Shown here piece by piece: positions 28,313-38,506 of a stretch of DNA of 64,000 nt. Both the position numbers and the translations under genes were made by a program. Source of the DNA: Bacteroidota bacterium (GTDB lineage Bacteria; Bacteroidota; Bacteroidia; Bacteroidales; UBA7960); the NCBI GenBank assembly GCA_007694165.1, contig RECE01000245.1:4962-68961 (forward strand), given 5' to 3'. Position 1 is the stretch's first letter. Each line of letters begins with the position of its first letter. A model generated the notes under the pieces. That model had not been told where the DNA came from, searched no databases, and saw nothing but the letters and a program-made list of their open reading frames with translations.

Positions 28313-29596
28313 ATGAAAACAAAAGAAAAAATCATTATCACTTTAATTCTGGCCCTGGTAACCGTTTTTCAACTGAATGGCCAATCTCCTGAAGATAAGC
28401 CTTTACGGGATTTTCAGCTAAGTATGTTTCCTCTGGTGGGTACCGATGGGTATCAGACACGTGATTATCGTTATCAGTTTAGCCTTAATATGTTTATGGG
28501 ACTTACCGGTGGGATACAGGGCCTGGAAGCAGGTGGTTTCTTAAATATTACTGAGGGTCGTGTTGAAGGAGTGCAGCTTTCCGGTTTTGGAAATGTGGTG
28601 AGGGGAGACGTGAAAGGTTTTCAGGGAGCCGGGTTTATGAATGTTGTTGCCGGCTCCACAGAAGCGATTCATTTTGCCGGATTCATTAACAACATACGGG
28701 GAGACCATGAGGGTGTAAAAGGAGCTGGGTTTATGAATGTAGTGGGTGGCAATAGCCGGTCAGTTACAGGAGCTGGCTTTATGAATGTCACCCGTGGTGA
28801 TTTTGAAGGAGTAAGTGGTGCAGGTTTTATGAATGTTACAGCGGGCAGCTCCCAGGGTGTGATGGGTGCCGGATTTATGAATGTAACAGCGGGAGAGACC
28901 CAGGGAGTATATGGAGCTGGTTTCGGAAACTTTTCTGCCGGCACGATGCAGGGTGCACAACTGGCAGGGTTTATGAATGTGGCAGGCGATGTGCAGGGGA
29001 TGCAGATTGCCGGATTTCTTAATGCTGCTTCAAAAGTTGAAGGCTTTCAGTTTGGTTTTATCAATGTAAGTGATACCATTTCAGGTGTTCCTATTGGTTT
29101 TCTGAGCGTAACCCGCAAGGGTGGTTTGAGACAACTGGAGCTGGCAACAAGTGATATTATGTATACTAATCTTTCGTTTAAAATAGGGGTGCCTGCTTTT
29201 TACAATATTTTCTCGGTGGGTGCAAGGCCTTTTCACGACAAGTTGTTTACTGCTACAGGATACGGTATTGGTACCCGTATAACTCTTTCTCCCGAAGTGT
29301 CATTCCTCCAGCTGGAGGGTCATTCTTACCAGATTCATCATGACTGGAAATGGTGGGGCAATCAAAAAACAAACCTCCTCAATGAATTTCGTACCCTGTA
29401 TTCCCATTCTTTAAATGATAGGATTCAGCTCTTTGGAGGTGCGGTTCTTTACAATCATATTTTCAATACTTCAGGTGATTATACTGCAGATGAGCTGGAG
29501 CTTACTTCCAGAAGCTTTTATGAACGCGAGTGGAAAAGCTATACCTCACAATGGTGGGTAGGTGCACGGGCGGGTGTAACCTTTGTTATCCGCTAA
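28313..29596 (+). CDS. Secreted or outer-membrane protein with tandem 15-aa Gly-rich repeats (LA_2272-like surface repeat) and a beta-rich C-terminus
   Basis: Signal peptide; about 11-12 repeats of G-V-x-G-A-G-F-M-N-V-x-x-G-x-x; C-terminal WWVGARAGVTF. Confidence 0.8.
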   Translation: MKTKEKIIITLILALVTVFQLNGQSPEDKPLRDFQLSMFPLVGTDGYQTRDYRYQFSLNMFMGLTGGIQGLEAGGFLNITEGRVEGVQLSGFGNVVRGDVKGFQGAGFMNVVAGSTEAIHFAGFINNIRGDHEGVKGAGFMNVVGGNSRSVTGAGFMNVTRGDFEGVSGAGFMNVTAGSSQGVMGAGFMNVTAGETQGVYGAGFGNFSAGTMQGAQLAGFMNVAGDVQGMQIAGFLNAASKVEGFQFGFINVSDTISGVPIGFLSVTRKGGLRQLELATSDIMYTNLSFKIGVPAFYNIFSVGARPFHDKLFTATGYGIGTRITLSPEVSFLQLEGHSYQIHHDWKWWGNQKTNLLNEFRTLYSHSLNDRIQLFGGAVLYNHIFNTSGDYTADELELTSRSFYEREWKSYTSQWWVGARAGVTFVIR

Positions 29597-29627
29597 GCAG
29601 TTCGTTCAGAATATAATTTAATAAGTT

Positions 29628-29668
29628 ACGGGCCCGAAAGACTGTTCTCTATAGTCTTTCGGGCCCGT
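29628..29668. terminator. Hairpin between convergent genes (16-bp perfect arms)
   Basis: ACGGGCCCGAAAGACT-N9-AGTCTTTCGGGCCCGT between the stops at 29596 and 29708. Confidence 0.75.
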
Positions 29669-29707
29669 TCTCACTTACCCTGTCAGTTATTTGACTGTGC
29701 AAAATGT

Positions 29708-31468
29708 TTAATCGTTCTTTAATATCCTGCCCACAGGATAAATATTATGCTTCTGGTCATAGTAAGGAGTTTGTTCATAAAACCAGGAAAGAATAGCATA
29801 GGGATTATTGGCCATTGAAGGATTCTCCTTCAGTGCATTGTCAAGACCCTGTCTGAGCGAGGGATCGCTGGCCAGCATCTCGCGGGCCATAGTCTCCATC
29901 ACATAGCTTTCAAAATACTCAACCCTTTCAAAAACAGCATTGAAAAATCCCCAGTACACAAAAGAACCCGGAGCCATGGGCTCCAATGCGTGGGCAATGA
30001 GGCGTGCACGGGATTGGTTCATAGGTATTACAGCTGAACCTTTCAGGTATTCTCTCTCCTGGTGGATAAGCTCTGTGGTGAAAGCAGCAGTTTGTCTCCC
30101 TTCATTGGATCGGGATGCCAGCTGAACATCCCTGAAACGGTAAGTCTCCACGGGAATGGTCCGGTTTTCCTCCAGGATGGTCATCTCTATGCCATGAAGC
30201 TGAAGTCTTTCAATAATTTCAGCATATTCCACTGGCACAACATATGCCTCGGGCAACATAACACTGTAAGCAGGTTTGTTTTGGTTAAACCAGGGTATCT
30301 GATAGGTTACCGGCTTATCAGGTTCATAAATAAACCAGTTTCCTCCGGAGAGTGTGCTTTTCTTTTTGGTGTATTCAACCCCAAGAAAGTCAACTATTAC
30401 TGAATCTGATGTAAGCTCCCATCGCAATGGAAACTTTTCCTGACGAAAGGCTTCTGAAGCTGTATATTCATCGGCTTTGCTTATAACCTCTCTCAGCTTC
30501 TTATCCTGATGAAGGAAATGCAAGGTGTTTACAATCATCAGATAGGTTGACTCTACTCTTTTGGGATAGGGTTTTAGCATGTGAGTTTCCAATAACAGGC
30601 CGGGCCTGTTGAGCTCTGAGGCATAACTGTTGGAAAACATGGGATGTCCAACCCGGCTTTGCAATCCACTACGTGGGTCATGCCATGAACGATAGGTGAC
30701 ATAGGGAAAAATGGGGTAATTGTCCGCTTCCATTGATTTTTCCATGTGGGGCAAATAGTTTTCATTGATCCAACCCATAAGGCCGGGGTCGGCACCCCCG
30801 AAAATATCCATGGCATAGGTCATGGTATACTGATAATCTCCTCCATTGGTAGAATGCGTATCGATAAAGAAGTCTGGCTCCCAGTGATGCCAGAGTTTAA
30901 GCAAGGCCTGCATCTCCTCAGAATCAGCTTTTAGATAGTCCCGGTTCAGGTTAAGGTTGCGGGCATTGGTGCGCCATCCCATCTCCTCGGGCCCGTCCTG
31001 ATTGATCCGGTTATAGGGTCCGAACCGTTCATGTCCGTCAGCGTTGAGTATGGGAATAAAAAGAAGGGTAATATTGTCAAGGTATTCAAGATGTTTTCCG
31101 TGAATTGCTATATCACGCAACAGCTGCAGGCCGGCATCTTTGCCAACGGGTTCACCCGGATGAATCGACGCCTGGACAAGAACCACCAGGTGTTCAGAAT
31201 CATGAACATTTCCCGGTGCAAAGTTTTCCTGTTTATTGACAATAAGTACCCCTAAATCTCTGTTTTGATGACTGCTGCCAAAAACTTCATAATGAATTAT
31301 GGGCGAACTATCGGCAAGTTGCCGGCTGAATGCCATGGTTTCCTCATAAGAGGGAGTGCTGTTGTGTTCGTGCTTTTCATACCAGGTCAGCCATGAATTT
31401 TCTGCATCTGCAATAAAAATCCCAGTAGTAAAAATAAAGAATATAATGAATGTGAGTCTGTTTAGCAT
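29708..31468 (-). CDS. M14-family zinc metallopeptidase, secreted
   Basis: ORF 29708..31558, probable ATG at 31468 (TATTTTTG -7 box at 31502-31509). IHPGE, NADG, GWRTNARNLNLNRD, IDTH, LLETH. Confidence 0.88.
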   Translation of the reverse strand: MLNRLTFIIFFIFTTGIFIADAENSWLTWYEKHEHNSTPSYEETMAFSRQLADSSPIIHYEVFGSSHQNRDLGVLIVNKQENFAPGNVHDSEHLVVLVQASIHPGEPVGKDAGLQLLRDIAIHGKHLEYLDNITLLFIPILNADGHERFGPYNRINQDGPEEMGWRTNARNLNLNRDYLKADSEEMQALLKLWHHWEPDFFIDTHSTNGGDYQYTMTYAMDIFGGADPGLMGWINENYLPHMEKSMEADNYPIFPYVTYRSWHDPRSGLQSRVGHPMFSNSYASELNRPGLLLETHMLKPYPKRVESTYLMIVNTLHFLHQDKKLREVISKADEYTASEAFRQEKFPLRWELTSDSVIVDFLGVEYTKKKSTLSGGNWFIYEPDKPVTYQIPWFNQNKPAYSVMLPEAYVVPVEYAEIIERLQLHGIEMTILEENRTIPVETYRFRDVQLASRSNEGRQTAAFTTELIHQEREYLKGSAVIPMNQSRARLIAHALEPMAPGSFVYWGFFNAVFERVEYFESYVMETMAREMLASDPSLRQGLDNALKENPSMANNPYAILSWFYEQTPYYDQKHNIYPVGRILKND

Positions 31469-31797
31469 GATTTGTTTTTTTATTTGAGAAAAGCTTGCCG
31501 GCAAAAATATTGAAATACAGCGAAGCAGGAAGCTTTGTTTTTGCTTGAATAGTGCCAAAAAAAGTGAAAGTTCACCGGTTGCTTTATTAAACCAGCTTCA
31601 ATAACCCTTCTCTGGAATTAACTATGCAGGGTTTCGCTTTGGTTCGTGGATAATTGAAATTCCTTCACAGACTCTTAACTATATGTTTTTTCTTTGAAAT
31701 GAAGGCATTGGATGCTTGTGAATAAGTAGTATTTTCCGTATATTTAAGGCGTCTTAAGTTATAGTTGATAGTATGAATTCTTAAATATATCAGTGTT

Positions 31798-32907
31798 ATG
31801 AAAGATCGTTTGGTAACCTTAGCTACAGACCATTATACCGCAGCCGAAATCTTAAAAGCCCGTCTTGAAAGTGCAGGTATAGAATGTTTTCTGAAAAATG
31901 TAAACCTCTTACAGGGGGCTGTATCTGAAGGGGTGAAGGTGCAAATCAGGGAGTCTGATGTTGAAAAAGCACTGCGAATAATCATGGAATTAAAAAGTCT
32001 TCAGGAGCAGAAGGAAGCCAAAGATATGAAGGAGATACGGCGTATTCTTGTTCCGGTTGATTTTTCCGGGTTTTCAAAAACCGCCTGCAGATATGCCATC
32101 AAACTGGCAGAAAAATATGATGCAGACATAAAGATCCTTCATGTATTTTATGCCCCCATCGTAGATCTTGTGCCCATTACAGATGCTTATTCCATCCAGG
32201 TGGATATGGACATTAACCTTAGAGAAATGGAAGATCAGGCCCGGAATAAACTGGTTGATTTTGTAACAGAAATAAGGCAAATTGCTGCCGACGAAGGGCT
32301 TGAGCAAATCAAGATAAGTTATTCGCTAAGAGAGGGAATTGTGGAAGATGAAATTGCCATTATGGCCAAAGCCTATAAACCAGGGATTATTGTGCTGGGC
32401 ACCAAAGGCAAAGGAGAGAAACAAAGCGATATAATCGGCAGTGTGGTATACAGAGTGCTTGACAAAGCAAAAATACCAGTGCTGGCCATCCCCGATAAAG
32501 CAAGCCTTGAAGACTTTACCAATGTAAAAAATATTGTTTACGTAACTGATTTTGATGAATCTGATTATGTTGCTATCCGGAGACTTATTTACATTGTTTC
32601 TGCCTTTGACGTGAAAATTCATTGTGTGCATGTTTCCAAAGACAAAGAAGACAAGTGGGATTCGGCAAAGATGGATAACCTGAGAGATTACTTTAAAAGG
32701 ATCAATAAAAATGTAAAAGTGGAATGCAGTTTTATCAAAGGCGATAATCCGGTGGATAACCTTGAAGCATTCTGCGAGCTCAATGAAATTGATATTATTG
32801 CCCTCAGCAACAAGAAAAGAGGTCTGCTGCAAAGAATTTTCAATCCCGGGCTTACACGCAAGTTGATCCATTCGGGCAATCTGCCTCTGTTATTGTTCAG
32901 AGCCTGA
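31798..32907 (+). CDS. Universal stress protein (tandem Usp domains) with N-terminal DUF2007-like domain
   Basis: AEILKARLESAGIECF; RILVPVDFS, GTKG...IGSV; second domain NIVYVTDF. Confidence 0.88.
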   Translation: MKDRLVTLATDHYTAAEILKARLESAGIECFLKNVNLLQGAVSEGVKVQIRESDVEKALRIIMELKSLQEQKEAKDMKEIRRILVPVDFSGFSKTACRYAIKLAEKYDADIKILHVFYAPIVDLVPITDAYSIQVDMDINLREMEDQARNKLVDFVTEIRQIAADEGLEQIKISYSLREGIVEDEIAIMAKAYKPGIIVLGTKGKGEKQSDIIGSVVYRVLDKAKIPVLAIPDKASLEDFTNVKNIVYVTDFDESDYVAIRRLIYIVSAFDVKIHCVHVSKDKEDKWDSAKMDNLRDYFKRINKNVKVECSFIKGDNPVDNLEAFCELNEIDIIALSNKKRGLLQRIFNPGLTRKLIHSGNLPLLLFRA

Positions 32908-33020
32908 TTGCATAATATTTGTAAAATATAAAAATGGTTGTTCAGTTTTTTTTCTATCAAGATAAACAAGACCCTGTTTGGCTGGTTAATCCATTAGGTA
33001 CATTTTAACCCGGAGGGTCT

Positions 33021-33458
33021 ATGAGGATTCGATTGATTACAACTGTTAACGCGCCATTTGAAAGGGTTCATCAGGACTTTAACCAAAAACTCTTTGATTA
33101 CCTGATGCCTCCTTTTTCTTTGGCTTCTTTGGAACGATACGATGGGCAAAACCCAGGTGATCTCATTGATCTGAAATTCAATATTCCTTTTCTGGGCCAC
33201 TGGACGGTTATCATCAAAGAGGCCTGGCTTTCCCACAGAGAATATGGCTTTGTAGATCGCGGCCTTAGAGTTCCTTTTGGTATTTCATACTGGCAACATA
33301 TACACAGAGTAGTCGCCCGCAACAACCACTCCTGTTTTATTATTGATGATATTGAATACGAAACCTCATGGAAGTTTCTTGATTATTTGTTATACCTGCC
33401 ATTGATGACCATTTTTTATCCCCGCAAATTTCAATACCGCAAATTCTACAAACAATAA
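33021..33458 (+). CDS. SRPBCC (START-like) family protein
   Basis: LF-x-L-PPF, FVD-G-x-PF...W-H-H, I-DDIEY. Confidence 0.75.
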   Translation: MRIRLITTVNAPFERVHQDFNQKLFDYLMPPFSLASLERYDGQNPGDLIDLKFNIPFLGHWTVIIKEAWLSHREYGFVDRGLRVPFGISYWQHIHRVVARNNHSCFIIDDIEYETSWKFLDYLLYLPLMTIFYPRKFQYRKFYKQ

Positions 33459-33712
33459 GTCCCTGGGTTTTCAGGGTAAATTGTTTTTTTCGGAATCGAA
33501 TCTTTTTCTCTTGAACAGGTGCGTCGCTGCATGAGAAGAACCCGGAATGGCATCGCTTGATTAAAAAACTCCAAAAACAACCCCGCACCTTTTCCCTGGT
33601 TGCCATCCGGAAATGCAGACTAAAAATTATTTGCCTTTAAATTCGCTTCAGAACAGGGCTTTTTTTGTAATTTCGGACTTTTAATAGGGTTATTAATATT
33701 GTAAAACGTACT

Positions 33713-35365
33713 ATGCGCAAACCAGGTTTATATTTTTTAGTCTTTCTTTTATTTGCTTTTACGTTTTCCTGTAAAGGCCCTTATGAGGATTATTCGCATC
33801 TATCACTCTTTCGCTACAATGAAGATGGAAGTATTACCTCGCTGGATCCGGTATATGCACGTAATCAGGCAAATATATGGGCTACATCACAAATTTTCAA
33901 CGGGCTGGTGCAGCTCGACACCCTGTTAATTGTGAAACCTGCCATTGCCCATAGCTGGGATATTTCAGATGATGGAACTGTTTATACTTTTTACCTGCGC
34001 AATGATGTATATTTTCATGATGATGAATCCTTTGAAGACTTTAAGGGCAGAAGGGTAGTGGCTGAGGATTTTATTTTCAGCTTTGCACGGCTAACAGACC
34101 CCACGCTAAACTCACCAGGCAGTTGGGTAATGAACCCCGTAGCACGAAGAAATGATGGAACGCTGGATATTGAAGCATTGTCCGACACTGTTTTGCAAAT
34201 ACGGCTCAAAGAACCTTTTCCTCCCATGGCCGGATTGCTATGCATGCAATATTGTTCGGTGGTGCCCCGTGAGGCTGTTGAAGCCAGGGGGCAGGATTTT
34301 CGGAAATCTCCCGTGGGTACCGGCCCTTTTCATTTTCAGTACTGGAAAGAAGGGGTGAAACTGGTATTCCGAAAAAATGAGAAATATTTTGAGTTTGACG
34401 GTAGTGATCGATTGCCATACCTGGATGCTGTTGCCATTACTTTTATCCAGGACCGGCAAACAGCCTTTCTTGAGTTTATCAAGGGGAATCTTGACATTCT
34501 TACCCGAATTGATGCCAGCTATAAGGATGAATTGCTTACCCCCCACGGAGAGCTTCAGGAGAAACATCAGGAACGTTTCTACAAACGTACCGGACCGTTT
34601 CTCAATACAGAATATCTGGGCATTCTGGTGGATAATAATGCTCCCAACAGTTTGTCTGCACTGCAGAAAAGAAAAGTAAGGCAGGCCATTAACTATGGTT
34701 TTGACAGGGAAAAAATGCTCAAGTATCTTCGTAATAACCTGGGAACACCCGCTCATGCGGGATTTGTTCCCGTGGGAATGCCCGGCTTTGACAAAAATGA
34801 AGGAGGATTTACCTACCAACCCGACAAGGCAAGGAGATTGCTTGCTGAGGCCGGCTTTCCCAATGGTGAAGGTTTGCCTGCCATCGAACTTTCAACCACC
34901 TCTCTGTACATGGATATCGGGCAATATATTCAGCACGAACTGGCGCGTATTGGAATCCGGATGCAAATCAATGTAATGCCTCCTGCCACATTGCGCGAAA
35001 TGATGGCCAAAGCAGATGCCCCCTTTTTCAGAGGATCCTGGATTGCCGATTATCCCGATGCAGAAAACTACCTCGCTCTTTTTTATTCAAAAAATCACAC
35101 TCCCGCAGGACCTAATTACACGCGCTTTACCAGCCATGAGTTTGACAGGCTTTACGAAAAATCCAGCTCTGTTGTTGATGATTCCCTTAGATTTGAATAT
35201 TATAGAAAACTAGACCGAATTATTATTGAAGAAGCACCGGTAGTGCCCCTGTTTTATGATCAGTCTGTAAGATTCCTGCCCCATTATGTGCAAGGACTTG
35301 AAACCAATCCCTTAAATCATATGCTTTTGAAAAGAGTGAGAATAGAAAACAGCACAGACCGATAG
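33713..35365 (+). CDS. ABC transporter substrate-binding lipoprotein, family 5 (peptide/nickel)
   Basis: Lipobox TFSC; ITSLDP, IFNGLV, SWDISDDG-VYTF-LR, PVGTGPF, VRQAINY, WIADYPD. Confidence 0.92.
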   Translation: MRKPGLYFLVFLLFAFTFSCKGPYEDYSHLSLFRYNEDGSITSLDPVYARNQANIWATSQIFNGLVQLDTLLIVKPAIAHSWDISDDGTVYTFYLRNDVYFHDDESFEDFKGRRVVAEDFIFSFARLTDPTLNSPGSWVMNPVARRNDGTLDIEALSDTVLQIRLKEPFPPMAGLLCMQYCSVVPREAVEARGQDFRKSPVGTGPFHFQYWKEGVKLVFRKNEKYFEFDGSDRLPYLDAVAITFIQDRQTAFLEFIKGNLDILTRIDASYKDELLTPHGELQEKHQERFYKRTGPFLNTEYLGILVDNNAPNSLSALQKRKVRQAINYGFDREKMLKYLRNNLGTPAHAGFVPVGMPGFDKNEGGFTYQPDKARRLLAEAGFPNGEGLPAIELSTTSLYMDIGQYIQHELARIGIRMQINVMPPATLREMMAKADAPFFRGSWIADYPDAENYLALFYSKNHTPAGPNYTRFTSHEFDRLYEKSSSVVDDSLRFEYYRKLDRIIIEEAPVVPLFYDQSVRFLPHYVQGLETNPLNHMLLKRVRIENSTDR

Positions 35366-35382
35366 TCTTTGCTTCATTCATC

Positions 35383-36147
35383 TTACAGGCTTATTTGCAG
35401 TCCATCGTAACTTAACTCAATACCCGAAGGCAGCAAATTGTTTATTTCGTGATGAAAGCCCATTTGGTGGCTTATGTGAGTTATGTATCCCTTTTCTGGT
35501 TGCAGCTCCTGCAGTATTTCTGTTGCCTGCTGAAGGTTGAAATGTGAATGGTGTTGTTCTTTCCTTAGAGCGTTTATAATTACCACTTTACTTCCTCTTA
35601 ATTTGTCAAATTCTTCAGGTTCAATATAGCTGGCATCTGTAAGGTATGAAAAACCTCCGATGCGAAAACCCAGAACAGGCATACTGCCATGCAAAGCCGC
35701 AATGGGTATTATTGAATCGTTATTGACATGGAAAGGCTCACCGGAAATGGTATACAGGTTGATTTGGGGTACACCGGGATATTTATCTTCTCCAAAGGCA
35801 TAAGCAAAGTCTTTCCGGATGGTCTTCAGCGAGCTTTCACTTCCGTATATATCCATTGGTTTTTTTTGTATCCAGTTGAAAGCTCTTACATCATCAATCC
35901 CTCCAATATGGTCTTTGTGATTATGGGTTATAAGAATGGCATCGAGCCTGGTAACCTTTTCGCGAAGCATTTGCTGGCGAAAATCAGGACCGGCATCGAT
36001 AACAATTACATTCTGAGGGGTTTCAACCATTACCGAAGTTCTGAGTCGCTGATCTTTTTGATCTCTGCTCTGGCATACATTACACTCACATGCTACAACA
36101 GGTACTCCCTGAGAGGTTCCGGTTCCAAGCACTTTTACAGTTATCAT
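35383..36147 (-). CDS. MBL-fold metallo-hydrolase, PhnP-like
   Basis: LGTGTSQGVP-CxCxVC, IDAGPDFRQQ, THNHKDH, YLTD, THISH. Confidence 0.9.
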   Translation of the reverse strand: MITVKVLGTGTSQGVPVVACECNVCQSRDQKDQRLRTSVMVETPQNVIVIDAGPDFRQQMLREKVTRLDAILITHNHKDHIGGIDDVRAFNWIQKKPMDIYGSESSLKTIRKDFAYAFGEDKYPGVPQINLYTISGEPFHVNNDSIIPIAALHGSMPVLGFRIGGFSYLTDASYIEPEEFDKLRGSKVVIINALRKEQHHSHFNLQQATEILQELQPEKGYITHISHQMGFHHEINNLLPSGIELSYDGLQISL

Positions 36148-36447
36148 AGGGCTTTACGATGGTTTGTTTAGGGTGATTTTCAATCTTCTGCTGTTATTTG
36201 TCATGGTATGATGATTCCCTGATTTGCTTTTACGAAGTTAACTAATTATTAAAACCTTTATCAAAGCCTATGGTTCAGCGAAAATTTAGTAAAAGCGCAA
36301 ACAGCACAATCCAAAAAATCTTTAAATAGGAAAAGGGGAAAACATTTGCTGTATCATGATATTTTTTTTTACGTCAAATTTGGCTACATTCGCAAGTTGA
36401 AGGAAAAGTTTAAGATAGGGTATTCAATGTTGTATTAAAGCTTTGGT

Positions 36448-36969
36448 ATGCAGAAAGATTTTGAGAATATAGATCCTTACCATTTGAGTGAAAGTATTTT
36501 TAAACTTATTGGTAAGGACTGGATGTTGATTGCCTCCGGTGGCAAAAACAATTTTAATATGATGACAGCCAGCTGGGGCACTTGCGGTATTCTTTGGAAT
36601 AAACCTATTGCGGTTATCTTTGTGCGTCCCCAGCGGTATACTTATGATTTTCTGGAAAAAAACGATCATTTTTCCCTCAACTTTTTTGATATGTCTTACC
36701 GGGAGACATTGAATCTTTTGGGGACCCAATCAGGACGTGATATTGATAAAATGGCTATTGAAGAGCTTCATGCTGATGAACTGGAATCAGGCACTGTTTA
36801 TTTTCAGCAGGCAAGAATGGTAATGGAGTGCAAAAAGATTTACTACGACGATATTAAGCCTGAATTTTTTACAGACCCTTCCATACACAATATGTATCCT
36901 GCAAAAGACTATCACCGCATGTATATTGGAGAGTTGAAAAGCTGTTGGGAAAGAAAACAGGTACAATAA
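36448..36969 (+). CDS. Flavin reductase-like (flavoredoxin family) protein
   Basis: NMMTASWG, FVRPQRYT, GTQSGRDIDK, YHRMYIGE. Confidence 0.88.
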   Translation: MQKDFENIDPYHLSESIFKLIGKDWMLIASGGKNNFNMMTASWGTCGILWNKPIAVIFVRPQRYTYDFLEKNDHFSLNFFDMSYRETLNLLGTQSGRDIDKMAIEELHADELESGTVYFQQARMVMECKKIYYDDIKPEFFTDPSIHNMYPAKDYHRMYIGELKSCWERKQVQ

Positions 36970-37025
36970 TCCTTATTTTGAAGTTTACAAATCCAACTAT
37001 ATATTGATTCATTCAGTAACAACCA

Positions 37026-37589
37026 TTGAAAGCACTAAGGAAAATAAAAGACAGTTTTAGATTGTGGTTGCTCAAACGCGCCCACAAAAAACTACAGAGA
37101 AAACGCAAGATGATGGGTTATCATCAGGCTGTTAGTTTTGGAATTATATATGATGCAACTTCAGAAGATAATTACAGGCATGTTACCCACCTGGTTCGGG
37201 ATTTGCAGCAGGATCAAAGAAAAGTGAAAACACTGGGCTTTGTAACCATGAAAAAAATGCCTGAACATTGTTTTCCCAAGCTTACGTTTGAGTTTTGCAA
37301 TGCATCGGGTTTTGCATGGAACCAGCAGCCGATGGCGCAAAGTGTAAAAGATTTTCTTTCTCATTCGTTTGATGTGCTGATCGATCTTACACCCTCTACC
37401 TTTCATCAGGTAAAGTTTGTTTGCGCTATCTCTGATGCAAATATGAAAGTTGGAAGGTATGTTGAAAAATACATAGACATTTATGACCTGATGCTTCAGG
37501 TTGACGACAGTAATTCTATTGTGGAAACCAGCGGCCAAGTTATGCACTATTTAAAAATGATTAATAATGATGGAAACAAACAGGAATAG
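37026..37589 (+). CDS. Conserved Bacteroidota protein (DUF6913-like), overlapping the start of dapA
   Basis: FDVLIDL...S-A-MKVG...YDLM...YLKMIN; TTG start; 23-bp overlap with dapA. Confidence 0.75.
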   Translation: MKALRKIKDSFRLWLLKRAHKKLQRKRKMMGYHQAVSFGIIYDATSEDNYRHVTHLVRDLQQDQRKVKTLGFVTMKKMPEHCFPKLTFEFCNASGFAWNQQPMAQSVKDFLSHSFDVLIDLTPSTFHQVKFVCAISDANMKVGRYVEKYIDIYDLMLQVDDSNSIVETSGQVMHYLKMINNDGNKQE

Positions 37590-38460
37590 TTTCCGGGGTA
37601 CCGGAGTAGCAATTGTTACACCCTTTCATCGTGAGGGGAGTATTGACTTTAAATCGTTTGAAAAACTTATTGAATATCAAATCAAGGAAGGTGTTGAATA
37701 TATCGTTTTTATGGGTACCACCGGAGAGTCGGTTACTTTAAATAATGATGAAAAGATTGCCATACAGAATTTCGGATTGGAGATAGTAGATAAAAGAGTG
37801 CCAGTAGTGGTAGGGGTAGGAGGAAACAACACCCGACAGGTTGCCTATCAGCTGAAAGAAACTGATTTTTCAGGTGTATCCGCCATTCTCTCAGTAAGTC
37901 CGTATTATAGCAAGCCCCAGCCCAAAGGCATTTACAACCATTACAAGATCATAGCTGGCGAAAGCCCGGTGCCTGTAATAATGTATAATGTCCCTTCCCG
38001 CACCGGCTCCAATATGGATGCTGATACAGTTTTGAAAATTGCTCATGAGGTTCCTAACATTATTGCAATTAAGGAAGCATCAGGTAATTTGGCCCAATGC
38101 TCACGAATTATGCAGAATAAACCGGATGACTTTCTGGTTATTTCAGGAGATGATGCTTTGACACTCCCTTTTATGGCCATTGGCGGCGATGGCGTAATTT
38201 CTGTAATTGCCAATGCATTTCCCAATCAATTTTCGCAAATGGTGAGATATTGCCTGGATAATAATTATGTCAAAGCCAGGGAATTGCATTTTAAGTTGTT
38301 TGATATAATTGAAACCATTTATGCAGATGGAAGCCCCTCTGGTGTCAAAGCTTTGCTTGAAATAATGGGATTATCGAAAAACTATGTAAGACTTCCTCTT
38401 GTAAAGGTTAATAAGGCAATTTACAATCAATTGTCGGCTCTTCACGAAAAACTCAATTAA
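37567..38460 (+). CDS. dapA: 4-hydroxy-tetrahydrodipicolinate synthase
   Basis: AIVTPF, GTTGES, YNVPSRTG, IKEASG (Schiff-base Lys), SGDD, GVISV. Confidence 0.96.
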   Translation: MMETNRNSFRGTGVAIVTPFHREGSIDFKSFEKLIEYQIKEGVEYIVFMGTTGESVTLNNDEKIAIQNFGLEIVDKRVPVVVGVGGNNTRQVAYQLKETDFSGVSAILSVSPYYSKPQPKGIYNHYKIIAGESPVPVIMYNVPSRTGSNMDADTVLKIAHEVPNIIAIKEASGNLAQCSRIMQNKPDDFLVISGDDALTLPFMAIGGDGVISVIANAFPNQFSQMVRYCLDNNYVKARELHFKLFDIIETIYADGSPSGVKALLEIMGLSKNYVRLPLVKVNKAIYNQLSALHEKLN

Positions 38461-38506
38461 TAGAAAAAGAAATCACTATATAGAGAATCACCCAAATTTA
38501 GCTTTT

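Noticed and set aside
28669-28960. Repetitive minus-strand ORFs (PAVTFIKPAP...)
   Set aside because: Antisense reading of the 45-bp coding repeats in 28313-29596.
33580-33612. SAM-I riboswitch-like GGCAACC...AAGGTGC on the minus strand
   Set aside because: The TTATC/GAT P1 helix, kink-turn and AAnTCC elements are missing, and there is no downstream gene on that strand.
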